64,000 nucleotides of DNA, from assembly GCA_049678185.1 (NCBI GenBank), contig JBAUDS010000025.1, forward strand, positions 8,016-72,015, read 5' to 3'. A program made the translations under genes and the position numbers. This stretch comes from Thermoanaerobaculia bacterium (lineage in GTDB: Bacteria; Acidobacteriota; Thermoanaerobaculia; Multivoradales; JAHEKO01). The notes under the pieces are model-generated. The model did not search any database. It was not told the DNA's origin and worked only from the letters and a program-made list of their open reading frames with translations. Positions 1 through 9,804 of the stretch are shown one piece after another; position 1 is the first letter of the stretch, and the number at the start of each line of letters is the position of its first letter.

Positions 1-310
1 GGCGGTTACCCGGATGCCCAAGGTGACTTTGGAGGCTTTGGAGCGACGCGGTTACAGTCTGGAAGATCTCGATCTGCTCATCATGCATCAGGCCAATCTC
101 CGCATCAACGAAGCGGCGCAGAGGGCGATGAAGTTGGCCGACGACAAGGTGCACAACAACATCCAGAAGTACGGCAATACGACGTCGGCGACACTCCCGC
201 TCTGCTTTCACGAGGCCCGCGAGCTGGGCAAGGCCCCGGAGGGCGCGCTCGTGGCCTTTACCGCCCTGGGGGCCGGTCTCCACTGGGGCTCGGTTTTGAT
301 GCGGGTCTAG
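1..310 (+). CDS. fabH: 3-oxoacyl-ACP synthase III (FabH), C-terminal fragment; 5' end lies outside the window
   Basis: The translation MHQANLRINEAA...QKYGNTTSATLPL...FTALGAGLHWGS matches the conserved FabH C-terminus. The reading frame is open to the window edge. Confidence 0.8.
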   Translation, partial: AVTRMPKVTLEALERRGYSLEDLDLLIMHQANLRINEAAQRAMKLADDKVHNNIQKYGNTTSATLPLCFHEARELGKAPEGALVAFTALGAGLHWGSVLMRV

Positions 311-319
311 CTCACGAGG

Positions 320-1351
320 CTAGGGAACATCCATACCCCGGCCGCGCTGGAGGAGCTGGATGTCCACCTGGCGGAAGAACTCCTCGCTCCGCTCGCGCCA
401 TTGCGTGGGTGTGAAGGTTTCGGGCGCGGCGCTGATCTGAACCAACCCTTTCCCCATCGTCCCGTCGGAGACCTTGATCCGGAAATCGGCCCAGATCAGG
501 GCCCAGCCGGGTGTCATCTCGACGCGGCGATCGAATGGTTGGCCGGAAATCTGCAGGGCATCGACCACCGCGCGCAGGAGGCGGTTATCGGCTCCCGAAT
601 AGGGGATCTCAAAGGCCTTGGTGGCGGTGTAGGTGCCCGCGGGAGGTCGATAGGTATCGTTGAGCAGCAGATCCTGGAATCGGGGCTGGGTTTCCAGCGC
701 CGCAAAATTGGGGTCGGTGCGGGCCCGCAGCCGGGTCTTCTCGTCGAGCTCGACCGCCCGCTGCAGATTCTCGATAGCCAGACCCGCGTAGCCGGCCATG
801 GCGTAGTTGGTGGCCACCAGATAAAAGGCCCCGGCCAACCCGGGGTTGAGACTCAGATAGCGCTGAAATCTCTGGTTGGCCCCATCGAGGTCGCCGCGCA
901 GGATGAGGACCGCGCCGATATTGACGTCGTTGTCGGCTGCCGCGGGGTCGAGCCGCTCGGCTCTCTCGAAGTCCTCGAGAGCCCCATCGTAGTTCTGGTC
1001 GGCGAGGTTGAGCGCGGCACTATTGAGCCAGGCTTGGCGCAGCTCGGGGTCGGCCTCGAGGGCGCGGCTGAGATCTCGACGGCCCGGCTTGTCATCACCG
1101 AGGACGAAATGGGCCGTGCTGCGCGCCAGAAGAGCCTCTGCGCTGGAGGGGTTTTTCTTGACCACGCGGTCGAGCAGGGCCAACGCCGACTCGGCATTGC
1201 CGGCCTCCAGGAGCTCCCGCGCCTGGGCCAGCTGTGGCTCTAAGCCCTGGGCCCGGGCCGTCGATGCCAGGCTGACGGCTACCAGCCCGAGCAGGAGAAT
1301 AGGGAGCAGACGACGCCCACGGCGCCAAGGACTTGGCTGGATGTCTGTCAT
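320..1351 (-). CDS. Secreted TPR-repeat protein
   Basis: N-terminal signal-like segment LLPILLLGLVAVSLASTARA. It is followed by several TPR-like helical repeats (AESALALLDRVVKKNPSSAEAL, DGALEDFERAERLDP and similar). The C-terminal half is not recognised. Confidence 0.65.
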   Translation of the reverse strand: MTDIQPSPWRRGRRLLPILLLGLVAVSLASTARAQGLEPQLAQARELLEAGNAESALALLDRVVKKNPSSAEALLARSTAHFVLGDDKPGRRDLSRALEADPELRQAWLNSAALNLADQNYDGALEDFERAERLDPAAADNDVNIGAVLILRGDLDGANQRFQRYLSLNPGLAGAFYLVATNYAMAGYAGLAIENLQRAVELDEKTRLRARTDPNFAALETQPRFQDLLLNDTYRPPAGTYTATKAFEIPYSGADNRLLRAVVDALQISGQPFDRRVEMTPGWALIWADFRIKVSDGTMGKGLVQISAAPETFTPTQWRERSEEFFRQVDIQLLQRGRGMDVP

Positions 1352-1456
1352 GACCTGCTGAATCTAGCTTAGCTGCCGGTGCCGGCTCAAGTCGCAAGCG
1401 CGCATCTCTCCCAGGTTCCACAGACCGCCGGGTGGCAGTAGCATTAGAATCGGGCC

Positions 1457-2527
1457 ATGACTCAAGCCACCCCGAGTGCCGCCCAGATCGCAGAGGCCCT
1501 GCGACAGCGGGTCATCGGTCAGGAAGAGGCCGTACGCGAGATATCCATCGCCCTGGCCAAAAAGCTGGCAAATCTGTCGACCGGCAATGTCCTGCTGATC
1601 GGCTCCTCCGGTACCGGCAAGACCACGGTGATGCGCGCGGTGGAGGACTATCTGGTCTCCAACCCGATGCTGGCCGACCGCTCCACCCTGGTCCGGGTCC
1701 ACGCCAACATTCTGGCTGAGCACTCCGCCGGTGGTCGCGCCGGAGGCGCCCTGCTACGCCGGGTACTCGATCGAGCCAGGGAGCAGTTGGGTCCCGAGGC
1801 GCCGGTCGAGCGGCTCATGGGGCGGGTGGGAAGCGCCATGATCTTCGTCGACGAGATAGACAAGATCCGAGCCGCGGTGGGCGACCAGCCGAACGTCAGC
1901 GGGATCCGTGCTCAGGAGGCGTTGCTGACCCTGATCGAGAACGAATCGGTGCCCTTTGTCCTGCCCGAGTGGGCGGGGGGCGGCAACGTGGTGGTGGACG
2001 CCAGTGGTCTCCTGTTTGTCGGTGCGGGTGCCTTTGAGGGACTCTACGACTCGGTCTACGACCGGGTGACGATCGGACGGGATCGGGGCGCGCTGCAGGC
2101 GGTGAGCGTGATGGAGGGCGGCCAGGTCCATCAGGAGCTGCGGTTCTCGCTACGGGACTGGCTGCGTCACGAGGATCTGTTCGACTATGGAATGAGCCCT
2201 CAGTTTCTCTCCCGCTTCGACGCCGTCGTGCTGCTCAACGACCTCACCGAGGACGAGCTGGTCAAGATTTTTCTCGACAGCCCGGAATCGGGTTTCCAGC
2301 AGGCCGTGGCCTACTTCGAGGGACACAATATCCAGCTGGCCATGTCGCCGGCAGCGGTGCGCAGAGTCGCGGCGGCGGCTGTTGCTCAGCCACGCCTCGG
2401 TGCCCGGGCGCTCAAAGAGGTCTTCCGTCGGGTTATCCGCGACTACGAGTTCGAGCCGGAGAAGGCGGCCGCGGGCGGTACCCTGATGATCGACCTGCCC
2501 GAGGTCGAGGCGGCACTAGCAAACTAA
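1457..2527 (+). CDS. ClpX-like AAA+ ATPase (atypical, stand-alone)
   Basis: Walker A GSSGTGKT and Walker B IFVDEIDKI are present. ClpX-like blocks VSGIRAQEALLTLIE, LLFVGAGAFEGL and SPQFLSRFD are also present. There is no zinc-binding N-domain and no GYVG or IGF loop. Confidence 0.7.
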   Translation: MTQATPSAAQIAEALRQRVIGQEEAVREISIALAKKLANLSTGNVLLIGSSGTGKTTVMRAVEDYLVSNPMLADRSTLVRVHANILAEHSAGGRAGGALLRRVLDRAREQLGPEAPVERLMGRVGSAMIFVDEIDKIRAAVGDQPNVSGIRAQEALLTLIENESVPFVLPEWAGGGNVVVDASGLLFVGAGAFEGLYDSVYDRVTIGRDRGALQAVSVMEGGQVHQELRFSLRDWLRHEDLFDYGMSPQFLSRFDAVVLLNDLTEDELVKIFLDSPESGFQQAVAYFEGHNIQLAMSPAAVRRVAAAAVAQPRLGARALKEVFRRVIRDYEFEPEKAAAGGTLMIDLPEVEAALAN

Positions 2528-3249
2528 ATCGAGTTCTTCTTGTCGTAGCGTCGGCGCTTCCACGCCTGCCTGAGCGGCACGAGGAAGGTCAACAACAGGA
2601 TCAGGATCAAAGCGACAATGAGGTTGCGGACCACCGCCTGGCGGCCGCCGGTGGCGACGGTAAAGAGAGCTTGCCCGAAATAGGTGTAGACCAGCAGTGA
2701 CGGTGCCAGACCGAGCACGGAGGCGGCGAGGAACTGTGGCAGGGGATATCCCGCCAGGGCGGCGCCGAAGTTGACCAGGGCGAAGGGAAGGGGGATGAAC
2801 CGGACGCGGACCAGGTTCCAGAAGCCGTGGCGCTCGAGAAGCCCCTCGACCCGTTTGACCAACGACTCACCCGCCAGGTGAACGACCAGGTCCCGTCCCA
2901 GGGTGCGGGCCAGCAGAAAGCTGGCGGCGGCCCCACCCATGGCTCCCACTAGGTTGTAGAGCCAGCCCGAGCGGACACCAAAGACAAGACCGCCGGCGAA
3001 GATCAGCGGACTGATGGGCAGCCCCAGGGGGGAGGCAACCAGATAGAGACCGATGAAGACCAGGGGAGCCCACCACAGCTCGCGCAGCTCCGACAGGGCG
3101 ACAATCAGCGCCTCCTTGGTAAAGAGCTCCGACAGCGGTGTCCAGCGCAGAACCGCAAAGCCGATCACCAGCAGGGCGGCGAAGACCGCAAAGCGCAGCA
3201 GAGCCGAACGGGGGATGCGGGCCACGGGGGGGATGGCGCGTGGGCTCAC
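2524..3249 (-). CDS. TVP38/TMEM64 (DedA-related) family membrane protein
   Basis: Multi-pass hydrophobic protein with TVP38-like blocks (PLGLPISPLIFAGGLVFG, FIPLPFALVNF). I chose the GTG start at 3249, which overlaps the yggX stop as GTGA. The longer track start at 3378 would overlap yggX. Confidence 0.6.
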   Translation of the reverse strand: MSPRAIPPVARIPRSALLRFAVFAALLVIGFAVLRWTPLSELFTKEALIVALSELRELWWAPLVFIGLYLVASPLGLPISPLIFAGGLVFGVRSGWLYNLVGAMGGAAASFLLARTLGRDLVVHLAGESLVKRVEGLLERHGFWNLVRVRFIPLPFALVNFGAALAGYPLPQFLAASVLGLAPSLLVYTYFGQALFTVATGGRQAVVRNLIVALILILLLTFLVPLRQAWKRRRYDKKNSI

Positions 3250-3494
3250 TCGCCGGTGGAGGACGGTTGGTCGAGTGCCAGAAACTCCCGCAGTTGCTGC
3301 ACGAGAATCTCGTTTGCCCCAGGATCCATGAAATTGAGACGGAACTCGTTGATGACTATGACCTCTGCCTGCTGCCACTCGTTCCAGCAGTCGGTGCAGA
3401 TCCCGGCGACGATCTCCTCACCCAGCTCCCCGGGATAGGGGGGGCTTTCGAGGGCGGGCTTCTCCAAATGGCAGCGAACGCAATTAACAGTCAT
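3246..3494 (-). CDS. yggX: Fe(2+)-trafficking / oxidative damage protection protein YggX
   Basis: MTVNCVRCHLEKPALESPPYPGELGEEI...CWNEWQQAEVIVINEFRLN is the characteristic YggX sequence pattern, and the length (82 aa) fits. Confidence 0.8.
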   Translation of the reverse strand: MTVNCVRCHLEKPALESPPYPGELGEEIVAGICTDCWNEWQQAEVIVINEFRLNFMDPGANEILVQQLREFLALDQPSSTGE

Positions 3495-3505
3495 GGCGGT
3501 GTGCC

Positions 3506-3772
3506 TCAGCCTACCTCACCGGGCAGCACTATGCGGCTGTCCGCCCGGTCCAGCACATCGCTGGGGATACGGACGAGAAGCACCACGTCACGATCTTCAC
3601 GCTTGCCTCGCACCGACTTGACCATCTCGTCGGGTACAGCCAGCTTGATAAAGGCGTGTCGCTTCTCGTTCTGTCGAGCGCTGTCGATGAGGAGCTGCTC
3701 GACCGGCGCCACCTCGACCTTTTCAGGATACTTGTCGAGGGCGAAAAGAAGGGATTTGAGGGAGTCGTCCAT
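3506..3772 (-). CDS. Hypothetical small protein (88 aa)
   Basis: In-frame ATG at 3772 (MDDSLKSLLF...) abuts the uxs stop. The longer track ORF would overlap uxs. No family recognised. Confidence 0.4.
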   Translation of the reverse strand: MDDSLKSLLFALDKYPEKVEVAPVEQLLIDSARQNEKRHAFIKLAVPDEMVKSVRGKREDRDVVLLVRIPSDVLDRADSRIVLPGEVG

Positions 3773-3774
3773 GG

Positions 3775-4725
3775 CTAGTCCTCGGTCTTTCGGGCCAGAA
3801 GCTCGCGAAAGTAGTCGACGGTCTGGAGCAGCCCCTCCTCGAGAGGTACGCGAGGCTCCCAAGCGAGAGTTCTCTTGGCCAGGCTGATGTCCGGCTGGCG
3901 GGTTTTGGGATCGTCCACCGGCAGAGGTTCGAAGACGATCTCGCTCTTGCCATCGGTGAGTCTTACGATTACGTCGGCAAACTCCAGAATTGTCATCTCG
4001 TGCGGATTGCCGATGTTGACCGGGTCGGTGAACTCGCTGTTGAGCAGCCGCCAGATGCCTTCGACCAGATCGTCAACATAACAAAAAGAGCGGGTCTGGT
4101 TGCCGTCACCAAAAACGGTCAAGGGTTCGCCGAGCAACGACTGCTGGATAAAGGCGGGGACAACGCGTCCGTCTTTGGGGCGCATCCGTGGACCGTAGGT
4201 ATTGAAGATTCTCACGATTCTCGTGTCGAGACCGTGGAAGCGATGGTAGGCCATCACCATCGCCTCGGCGAAGCGCTTGGCCTCATCGTAGACGCCACGC
4301 GGCCCCACGGGATTTACGTTTCCCCAGTAGCTCTCGGGCTGTGGGTGGATGAGGGGGTCGCCGTAGACCTCGGAGGTCGATGCCAGCAGATAGCGGGCCT
4401 GCTTGGCCATGGCCAGGCCGAGGGTGTTGTGGGTCCCGAGCGACCCTACCTTCAGCGTCTGGATCGGCAGCTCCAGATAGTCGATGGGGCTGGCGGGGGA
4501 GGCAAAATGCAGCACGTTGTCGATCGTTCCCAGAACCTCGAACGGCCTGGTCACATCGTGCTCGAGGAACTCGAAGTCGTCGTGGTCGAGAATATGGGCG
4601 ATGTTGGCCTTGGTGCCGGTGATCAGGTTGTCCACGCAGACGACCCGGTGCCCCTCCTCGAGCAGACGCTCGCAGAGATGGGAGCCGAGAAAGCCGGCCC
4701 CGCCGGTCACGATCGAGGTGATCAT
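3775..4725 (-). CDS. uxs: UDP-glucuronate decarboxylase (UDP-xylose synthase), SDR family
   Basis: Contains [25 protein letters not shown] and [10 protein letters not shown], the typical UXS signature. It overlaps ugd by 4 nt. Confidence 0.85.
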   Translation of the reverse strand: MITSIVTGGAGFLGSHLCERLLEEGHRVVCVDNLITGTKANIAHILDHDDFEFLEHDVTRPFEVLGTIDNVLHFASPASPIDYLELPIQTLKVGSLGTHNTLGLAMAKQARYLLASTSEVYGDPLIHPQPESYWGNVNPVGPRGVYDEAKRFAEAMVMAYHRFHGLDTRIVRIFNTYGPRMRPKDGRVVPAFIQQSLLGEPLTVFGDGNQTRSFCYVDDLVEGIWRLLNSEFTDPVNIGNPHEMTILEFADVIVRLTDGKSEIVFEPLPVDDPKTRQPDISLAKRTLAWEPRVPLEEGLLQTVDYFRELLARKTED

Positions 4726-6050
4726 GCCTTGACCTCCTCCAGGCGGGCGTTGGGGCGCCCGACGGAGATGTATTCGAAGCCGGCGGCTTTCATCTTTGCC
4801 GGCTCGTAGATGTTGCGCAGATCAACGATCAAGGGCCGCGACAAGAGCTTCTTGAGTCTCCCGAGCTCCAGCGCCCGAAACTGATTCCACTCGGTGGCGA
4901 TGACAATGCCGTCGGCGCCTTTTGCGGCGTCGTAGGAGGTCTCCGCGAAGTAGACATCGGGCCAGAGCGGCCGACACTCCGGCATCGCCACCGGATCGAA
5001 GACCCGCACCTGGGCGCCGGCTGCCAGCAGATGGTCGACAATCTCCAGGGCGGGCGACTCGCGGATGTCGTCGGTCTCCGGCTTGAACGACAGACCCAGG
5101 ACACAGACGGTCTTGTCGTCGAGTCCTGCGAAGGCCGTCGACACCTTCTCGACCATTCTCATCTTGGTGCCTTCGTTGACCCGGAGGACGGCCTCCATGA
5201 TCTCGAACTCGATGCCCTGATCGCGAGCGATCTGGGCGACAGCTCTTGCGTCCTTGGGGAAACAAGAGCCGCCGAATCCGGGACCTGGATGTAGGAATTT
5301 GGGTCCGATCCGCTCATCCAGACCCATGCCACGGGCCACGGTCTCGACATCGGCGCCCAGGATCTCGCTCAGACGGGCCACCTCGTTGATGAATGAGATC
5401 TTGGTGGCCAGAAAGCCGTTCGAGGCGTATTTGATCAGCTCGGCGGTCTCGACGTTGGTGATGACGAAGGGAACATCGGCGACACGGAGCGGTGAGTAGA
5501 TATCGAGCATGATGTCGATGGCACGTGGCTCGTCGCTGCCGATGACGACCCGGTCGGGGTCCATGAAGTCCTCGATCGCCGAGCCCTCCCGCAGAAACTC
5601 GGGGTTGCTGACCATGGCGAATGCCTGGTCATGATGGCTCTCGGTCTCGACGATCTCTCGGATCATCTGCCCGGTCCCGATCGGCACGGTGCTCTTGGTG
5701 ACGATGACCTTGTAGCCGGTCAGATGGGTGCCGATCGATGCGGCCACTTCGCGGATAAAGGTCAGATCGGCGGAGCCATCCGCCCGCGACGGGGTACCAA
5801 CGGCGATGAAGATGGCTCTCGCGTCTTCGAGAGCGGGCCCCAGCTCGGTGGTAAAGCGGAGTCGACCCTCGTCCATGTTCTTGCGCACCAGGGTCTTGAG
5901 CCCGGGCTCGTAGATCGGTATCTCTCCCTGCTGGAGCGCCTCGATCTTGCCCGCGACTTTGTCCACACCAACGACCTTCATCCCGAAGTCGGCTAGACAG
6001 GCCCCGGTGACGAGACCCACGTATCCTGTGCCTACGACGCAAATTTTCAT
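4722..6050 (-). CDS. ugd: UDP-glucose 6-dehydrogenase
   Basis: Contains [30 protein letters not shown] and [10 protein letters not shown], the catalytic Cys motif. Confidence 0.9.
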   Translation of the reverse strand: MKICVVGTGYVGLVTGACLADFGMKVVGVDKVAGKIEALQQGEIPIYEPGLKTLVRKNMDEGRLRFTTELGPALEDARAIFIAVGTPSRADGSADLTFIREVAASIGTHLTGYKVIVTKSTVPIGTGQMIREIVETESHHDQAFAMVSNPEFLREGSAIEDFMDPDRVVIGSDEPRAIDIMLDIYSPLRVADVPFVITNVETAELIKYASNGFLATKISFINEVARLSEILGADVETVARGMGLDERIGPKFLHPGPGFGGSCFPKDARAVAQIARDQGIEFEIMEAVLRVNEGTKMRMVEKVSTAFAGLDDKTVCVLGLSFKPETDDIRESPALEIVDHLLAAGAQVRVFDPVAMPECRPLWPDVYFAETSYDAAKGADGIVIATEWNQFRALELGRLKKLLSRPLIVDLRNIYEPAKMKAAGFEYISVGRPNARLEEVKA

Positions 6051-6065
6051 CGTTCCGATTACTCG

Positions 6066-7034
6066 CTAGTCAGGAGTTGATGGATCGTTCTCTCGATACC
6101 ACTCGACGAAACGTCTCACGCCCTCGCGGATGGAAACACGGGGCGAATAGCCCAGAATGCGGCCCGCCTTGCGCACGTCGGCGTAGGTGATGGGGACGTC
6201 ACCGGGCTGATCGGGAAGATATTGGATCCGGTGCTCCACGCCAAGCTCGTCGGCAATCATGCGCACCAGATCAGCCAGCGCCGTGGTCTCCGCTCCACCC
6301 AGATTGAGGATCTCGAATGGGGGAGCGTGATCGAGGGAGGCGACCACACCATCGATGATGTCGTCGATATAGGTGTAGTCGCGGCGGCTGGAACCGTCGC
6401 CGTACATGGGGATCTCTTCGCCTCGGGCCAGCAGGTCGGTGAACTTGTGAATTGCCATCTCCGGTCGCTGTGCCGGGCCGTAGACGGTAAAGAACCGCAG
6501 GCACGCGATGTTCATATCGTAGAGGTGGTGATAGTTGTAACAGAGAAGCTCACCGGCCCTCTTGGTGGTGGCATACGGGCTGATGGGCTGGTTGACCTCG
6601 TCGTCCTCGGCGAAGGGCACCTTCTGGTTGATGCCATAGACCGATGAGGAGGAGCCGAAGATAAAGGTGTCCGGGCCGTGGTGGCGCGCCGCCTCGAGCA
6701 GACGGAGGGTACCGATGCAGTTGGTGTCCTCGTAGAGGATCGGCTCTTGGAGGCTTGGCCGCACCCCGGCCCGGGCCGCCAGATGAACAACGCCATCGAA
6801 CTGGTGGTCACGAAAGAGCTCTTCAACGAGGTCCGCATCCCGGATGTCGCCCTCGACGAGCGAGAAGCCGTCGCTGGCTGCTACCCGGGCGACGTTGGCA
6901 CGCTTGCGCGCCGGATCGTAGAAGTCGTTGAAGTCGTCCAGGATGGTGACCCTGTCACCCCGGTCGAGCAGTCGACGGGTCAGGTGGCTACCGATAAAAC
7001 CGGCTCCGCCGGTCACGAGTATGTGCGCGCTCAT
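6066..7034 (-). CDS. NAD-dependent epimerase, UDP-glucuronate 4-epimerase-like
   Basis: Contains VTGGAGFIGSHL, SSSSVYG, YATTKRAGE and RFFTVYGPAQRPEMA, as in Cap1J/LpsL-type UDP-GlcA epimerases. Confidence 0.75.
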   Translation of the reverse strand: MSAHILVTGGAGFIGSHLTRRLLDRGDRVTILDDFNDFYDPARKRANVARVAASDGFSLVEGDIRDADLVEELFRDHQFDGVVHLAARAGVRPSLQEPILYEDTNCIGTLRLLEAARHHGPDTFIFGSSSSVYGINQKVPFAEDDEVNQPISPYATTKRAGELLCYNYHHLYDMNIACLRFFTVYGPAQRPEMAIHKFTDLLARGEEIPMYGDGSSRRDYTYIDDIIDGVVASLDHAPPFEILNLGGAETTALADLVRMIADELGVEHRIQYLPDQPGDVPITYADVRKAGRILGYSPRVSIREGVRRFVEWYRENDPSTPD

Positions 7035-7043
7035 GGCTTCGAT

Positions 7044-8195
7044 CTATTCCTGATCCTGGGAGGGTGGTTCCGGCCCCTCTTCGCCTTCGACTTGATCCTC
7101 GTAGCGGACCTGGATGCCCGATTTCTGTCGGTTACGCACCAGCCAGCGGAGCATCTTCGACTCGTCGATGCCGACAATAATATCGTTCATCGCTTCGTAG
7201 ACCTGCGGGTCGTTGATCAGCTGACCCAGGGTGCCGTCTCCCTGTTCCAGTCGATCGGAGAGAACCCGTAGATTCATGATCATCTGCTGGATGTCCTGCC
7301 GGACCTCGGCGCCGTACTCCTTGTCGAAGAGCATGGTGGCGAGCAGGCCTTCGCCGTCCTTGATGTCCGCCACCAGCGCCGAGAGGTCCTGGGTCATGGT
7401 GCTCATCGCGTCCAGCGTCTGATCGACCTTGTCGCGGGTGGCCGGGTCGTTGAGCAGGGCCGCCACGGCCCCCTCGCCGCTCTCGACCTGGCCCAGAATC
7501 CCGTCGAGGTGGGCCACCGCGCTCTCAGCGCTGTCCGCCAGGCTGCTGTCATTGATGAGCTTGCCAAGGGTACCCTCGCCGCTGTCGAGCTTCGCCGTGA
7601 TATCGCGAAAGGTCTCGAAGGTCTCGACCAGACTTTTCTTTGCCCTTGTTCCGGTCTCGCTCTCGGTGGTCAGCTCACCGAGGATTCCCTCACCCGCCTC
7701 CATCCGCTCGAGGATGGTGCGCAGGGAGTAGGAGATGGCCACCAGGTTCTCCACCGCGTCGCCACCGGTGGCGATGATCTTCTCGACATCGGTGGCTGCG
7801 CCGGTTCGGATCTCACCACCCGACTCGATCTGGGCGAATCCTGGGGAGCCGGAGGTGAGCTCTATGTACTTGTCTCCCAGCAGACCCAGGGTCTTGATAC
7901 GGGCGCGAGAGTCCTCCCGGACCCTGTCGGCATAACGTCGGTCGATCGAGACCCAAACGGTGAGATATTGCTCCTCGACATCCTCCGGCAGCACGACCCG
8001 GTGCACGCTGCCGACGATGACACCGTTCAACTGGACAGGGTTGCCGGTGGCCAAGCCGCTGACGCTCTCGAAACGGACAAAGTACTCGTTCTTGCGAGCA
8101 AAAACATTGCTTCTCTCGCCGACCAGGAAGATCGCAAGAGCGGCCACGATAAGTGACACGATGACCAGAATACCTACCTTCAGCTCACGCGACAT
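7044..8195 (-). CDS. mlaD: MlaD/MCE-domain protein with long helical C-terminal region
   Basis: The start MSRELKVGILVIVSLIVAALAIFLVG (TM anchor) is followed by an MCE domain (GLATGNPVQLNGVIVGSV). Repeated xGEGxLGxL helical motifs follow. The internal ATG at 8195 avoids a long overlap with mlaF. Confidence 0.75.
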   Translation of the reverse strand: MSRELKVGILVIVSLIVAALAIFLVGERSNVFARKNEYFVRFESVSGLATGNPVQLNGVIVGSVHRVVLPEDVEEQYLTVWVSIDRRYADRVREDSRARIKTLGLLGDKYIELTSGSPGFAQIESGGEIRTGAATDVEKIIATGGDAVENLVAISYSLRTILERMEAGEGILGELTTESETGTRAKKSLVETFETFRDITAKLDSGEGTLGKLINDSSLADSAESAVAHLDGILGQVESGEGAVAALLNDPATRDKVDQTLDAMSTMTQDLSALVADIKDGEGLLATMLFDKEYGAEVRQDIQQMIMNLRVLSDRLEQGDGTLGQLINDPQVYEAMNDIIVGIDESKMLRWLVRNRQKSGIQVRYEDQVEGEEGPEPPSQDQE

Positions 8196-8964
8196 GGCTC
8201 TCCTCCTCTTCGAGGCCGGCCAGGAATCTGGAGAAGATAGGGTCCTCGGATCGGTCGGCATCACTCCACGATCCGACAAACGAGAAACGGCCACCTTCGA
8301 GGAAGGCGACCCGGTCTCCCACCAGGCGCGCCAACGGGATGTCGTGCGTGACCACCACCGAAGTAGTCTTCATATCCCTCTGCGTGGAGCGGATCAGATG
8401 CCCGATGGTGGCGGCGGTCATGGGGTCGAGCCCCGTGGTCGGCTCGTCGAATAACACCACCTCCGGATCCAGCGCCAGGGACCTGGCCAGCGCGGCGCGC
8501 TTCTTCATCCCGCCGGACAGATCCGCGGGCATGAGATCCTCGACGCCGCCGAGTCGGACCATGGCGAGCTTCTGTTCGACAATCTCGGCGATCTCGTCGG
8601 CGGTCAGATCGGTGTGCTCGCGCAAGGGGAAGGAGACATTTTCAAACACCGTGCCGGAGTCGAAGAGCGCCCCGCCTTGAAAGAGCATGGAAACCCGGCG
8701 ACGCAAAGGGAAAAGTTCTTTCTCTTCCAGAGTTGTGATCTCCGTGCCGTCGAAGACAACCGAGCCGCTATCGGGCTTCTCGAGACCGTTCAGCTGTCTC
8801 AGCGTCACACTCTTGCCCGACCCGGACCGGCCGAGGATGACGAGCGACTCACCGGAGAAGACGTCGAAGTCGATCTCGTCGATGACGACATTATCGCCAT
8901 AGCTCTTGGTGAGTCCGCGGATAGTGAAGATGGCCTGTGGCACAAGAGAGCTCCGAGCGGTCAC
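8185..8964 (-). CDS. mlaF: ABC transporter ATP-binding protein, MlaF-like
   Basis: Walker A GRSGSGKS, ABC signature LSGGMKKRAALA and Walker B VVLFDEPTTGLD. Confidence 0.85.
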   Translation of the reverse strand: MTARSSLVPQAIFTIRGLTKSYGDNVVIDEIDFDVFSGESLVILGRSGSGKSVTLRQLNGLEKPDSGSVVFDGTEITTLEEKELFPLRRRVSMLFQGGALFDSGTVFENVSFPLREHTDLTADEIAEIVEQKLAMVRLGGVEDLMPADLSGGMKKRAALARSLALDPEVVLFDEPTTGLDPMTAATIGHLIRSTQRDMKTTSVVVTHDIPLARLVGDRVAFLEGGRFSFVGSWSDADRSEDPIFSRFLAGLEEEESHVA

Positions 8965-8967
8965 CCC

Positions 8968-9732
8968 TCAAAACAAGATGTAGAAGAGCTTGGTGAGGAA
9001 GAAGTCCGAAACCAGGACCAGGATGGCCGCCATGACGACCGTGTTGGTAGTCGCCCGTCCCACCCCGTCGGCTCCACCGCTGGCGTAGAGGCCATTGTAG
9101 CAGCCGATAATGGCGATGAAGTAGGCAAAAAAGAAGGATTTGCCGATACCGCTGCTGACATCCTGCAGAGTAAGCGCGTCCAAAACGTCGTTGATGTAGA
9201 AACCGGCCGTCAGTTGCAGCTGTCCTATCGAGACGACCAGCCCTCCCAGGATACCCAGAAAATCGCCCAGTACCGTGAGCGCCGGGAGCATGACCAGGGT
9301 GGCCACCAGCTTCGGCACCACCAGCTTCTTGACCGGGTCGGCCGCCATCGACCGCATGGCGTCGATCTGCTCGGTGACTTTCATCGTGCCCAGCTCGGCC
9401 GTCATGCCGGCGCCGATGCGGCCGCCGACGATGAGCGCCACCAGCACCGGTCCCAGCTCGCGCACCAGGGACTTGGAGACCACCGTACCGATGTAGTACT
9501 TCACGCCGATGTCGGGGAGGCTGTAGGCTGTCTGGAGAGCGAGGACCATGCCGGTGAAGATCGTGGTAATGGCGGCCACACCCAGCGAGCGCACCCCGAT
9601 CTGCTCTGCCTCCCGGATCCAGAGGCGGAGCTCGTACGGCGGGGCGATGGCCGCCTTGAAGGCTTGAGCGCTGAGCAGGGCGAGATGCCCCGTGACGCGC
9701 ACAGGAGTTTGCAGAGAGGAAGTGAGACTCAT
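8968..9732 (-). CDS. mlaE: ABC transporter permease, MlaE-like
   Basis: The internal ATG at 9732 (MSLTSSLQTP...) gives a 254-aa multi-pass protein with MlaE-like blocks (GPVLVALIVGGRIGAGMTAELGTMKVTEQIDAM). The upstream part of the track ORF is R/P/G-rich and unlike real protein. Confidence 0.85.
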   Translation of the reverse strand: MSLTSSLQTPVRVTGHLALLSAQAFKAAIAPPYELRLWIREAEQIGVRSLGVAAITTIFTGMVLALQTAYSLPDIGVKYYIGTVVSKSLVRELGPVLVALIVGGRIGAGMTAELGTMKVTEQIDAMRSMAADPVKKLVVPKLVATLVMLPALTVLGDFLGILGGLVVSIGQLQLTAGFYINDVLDALTLQDVSSGIGKSFFFAYFIAIIGCYNGLYASGGADGVGRATTNTVVMAAILVLVSDFFLTKLFYILF

Positions 9733-9804
9733 CGGGGGGCGGACATCCGCGGATACAATAGCCCTCTCAGGGCTGCCGTGAAACGGGGATTGTAGCAACT
9801 GGCC

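Noticed and set aside
1431-1450. TGGCAG...GCAT resembling a sigma-54 -24/-12 promoter upstream of the ClpX-like gene. Other TGGCAC strings occur at about 18573, 23391, 25451 and 49901.
   Set aside because: The GG-to-GC spacing does not fit the required GG-N10-GC geometry at any of these sites, and most lie inside coding sequence.
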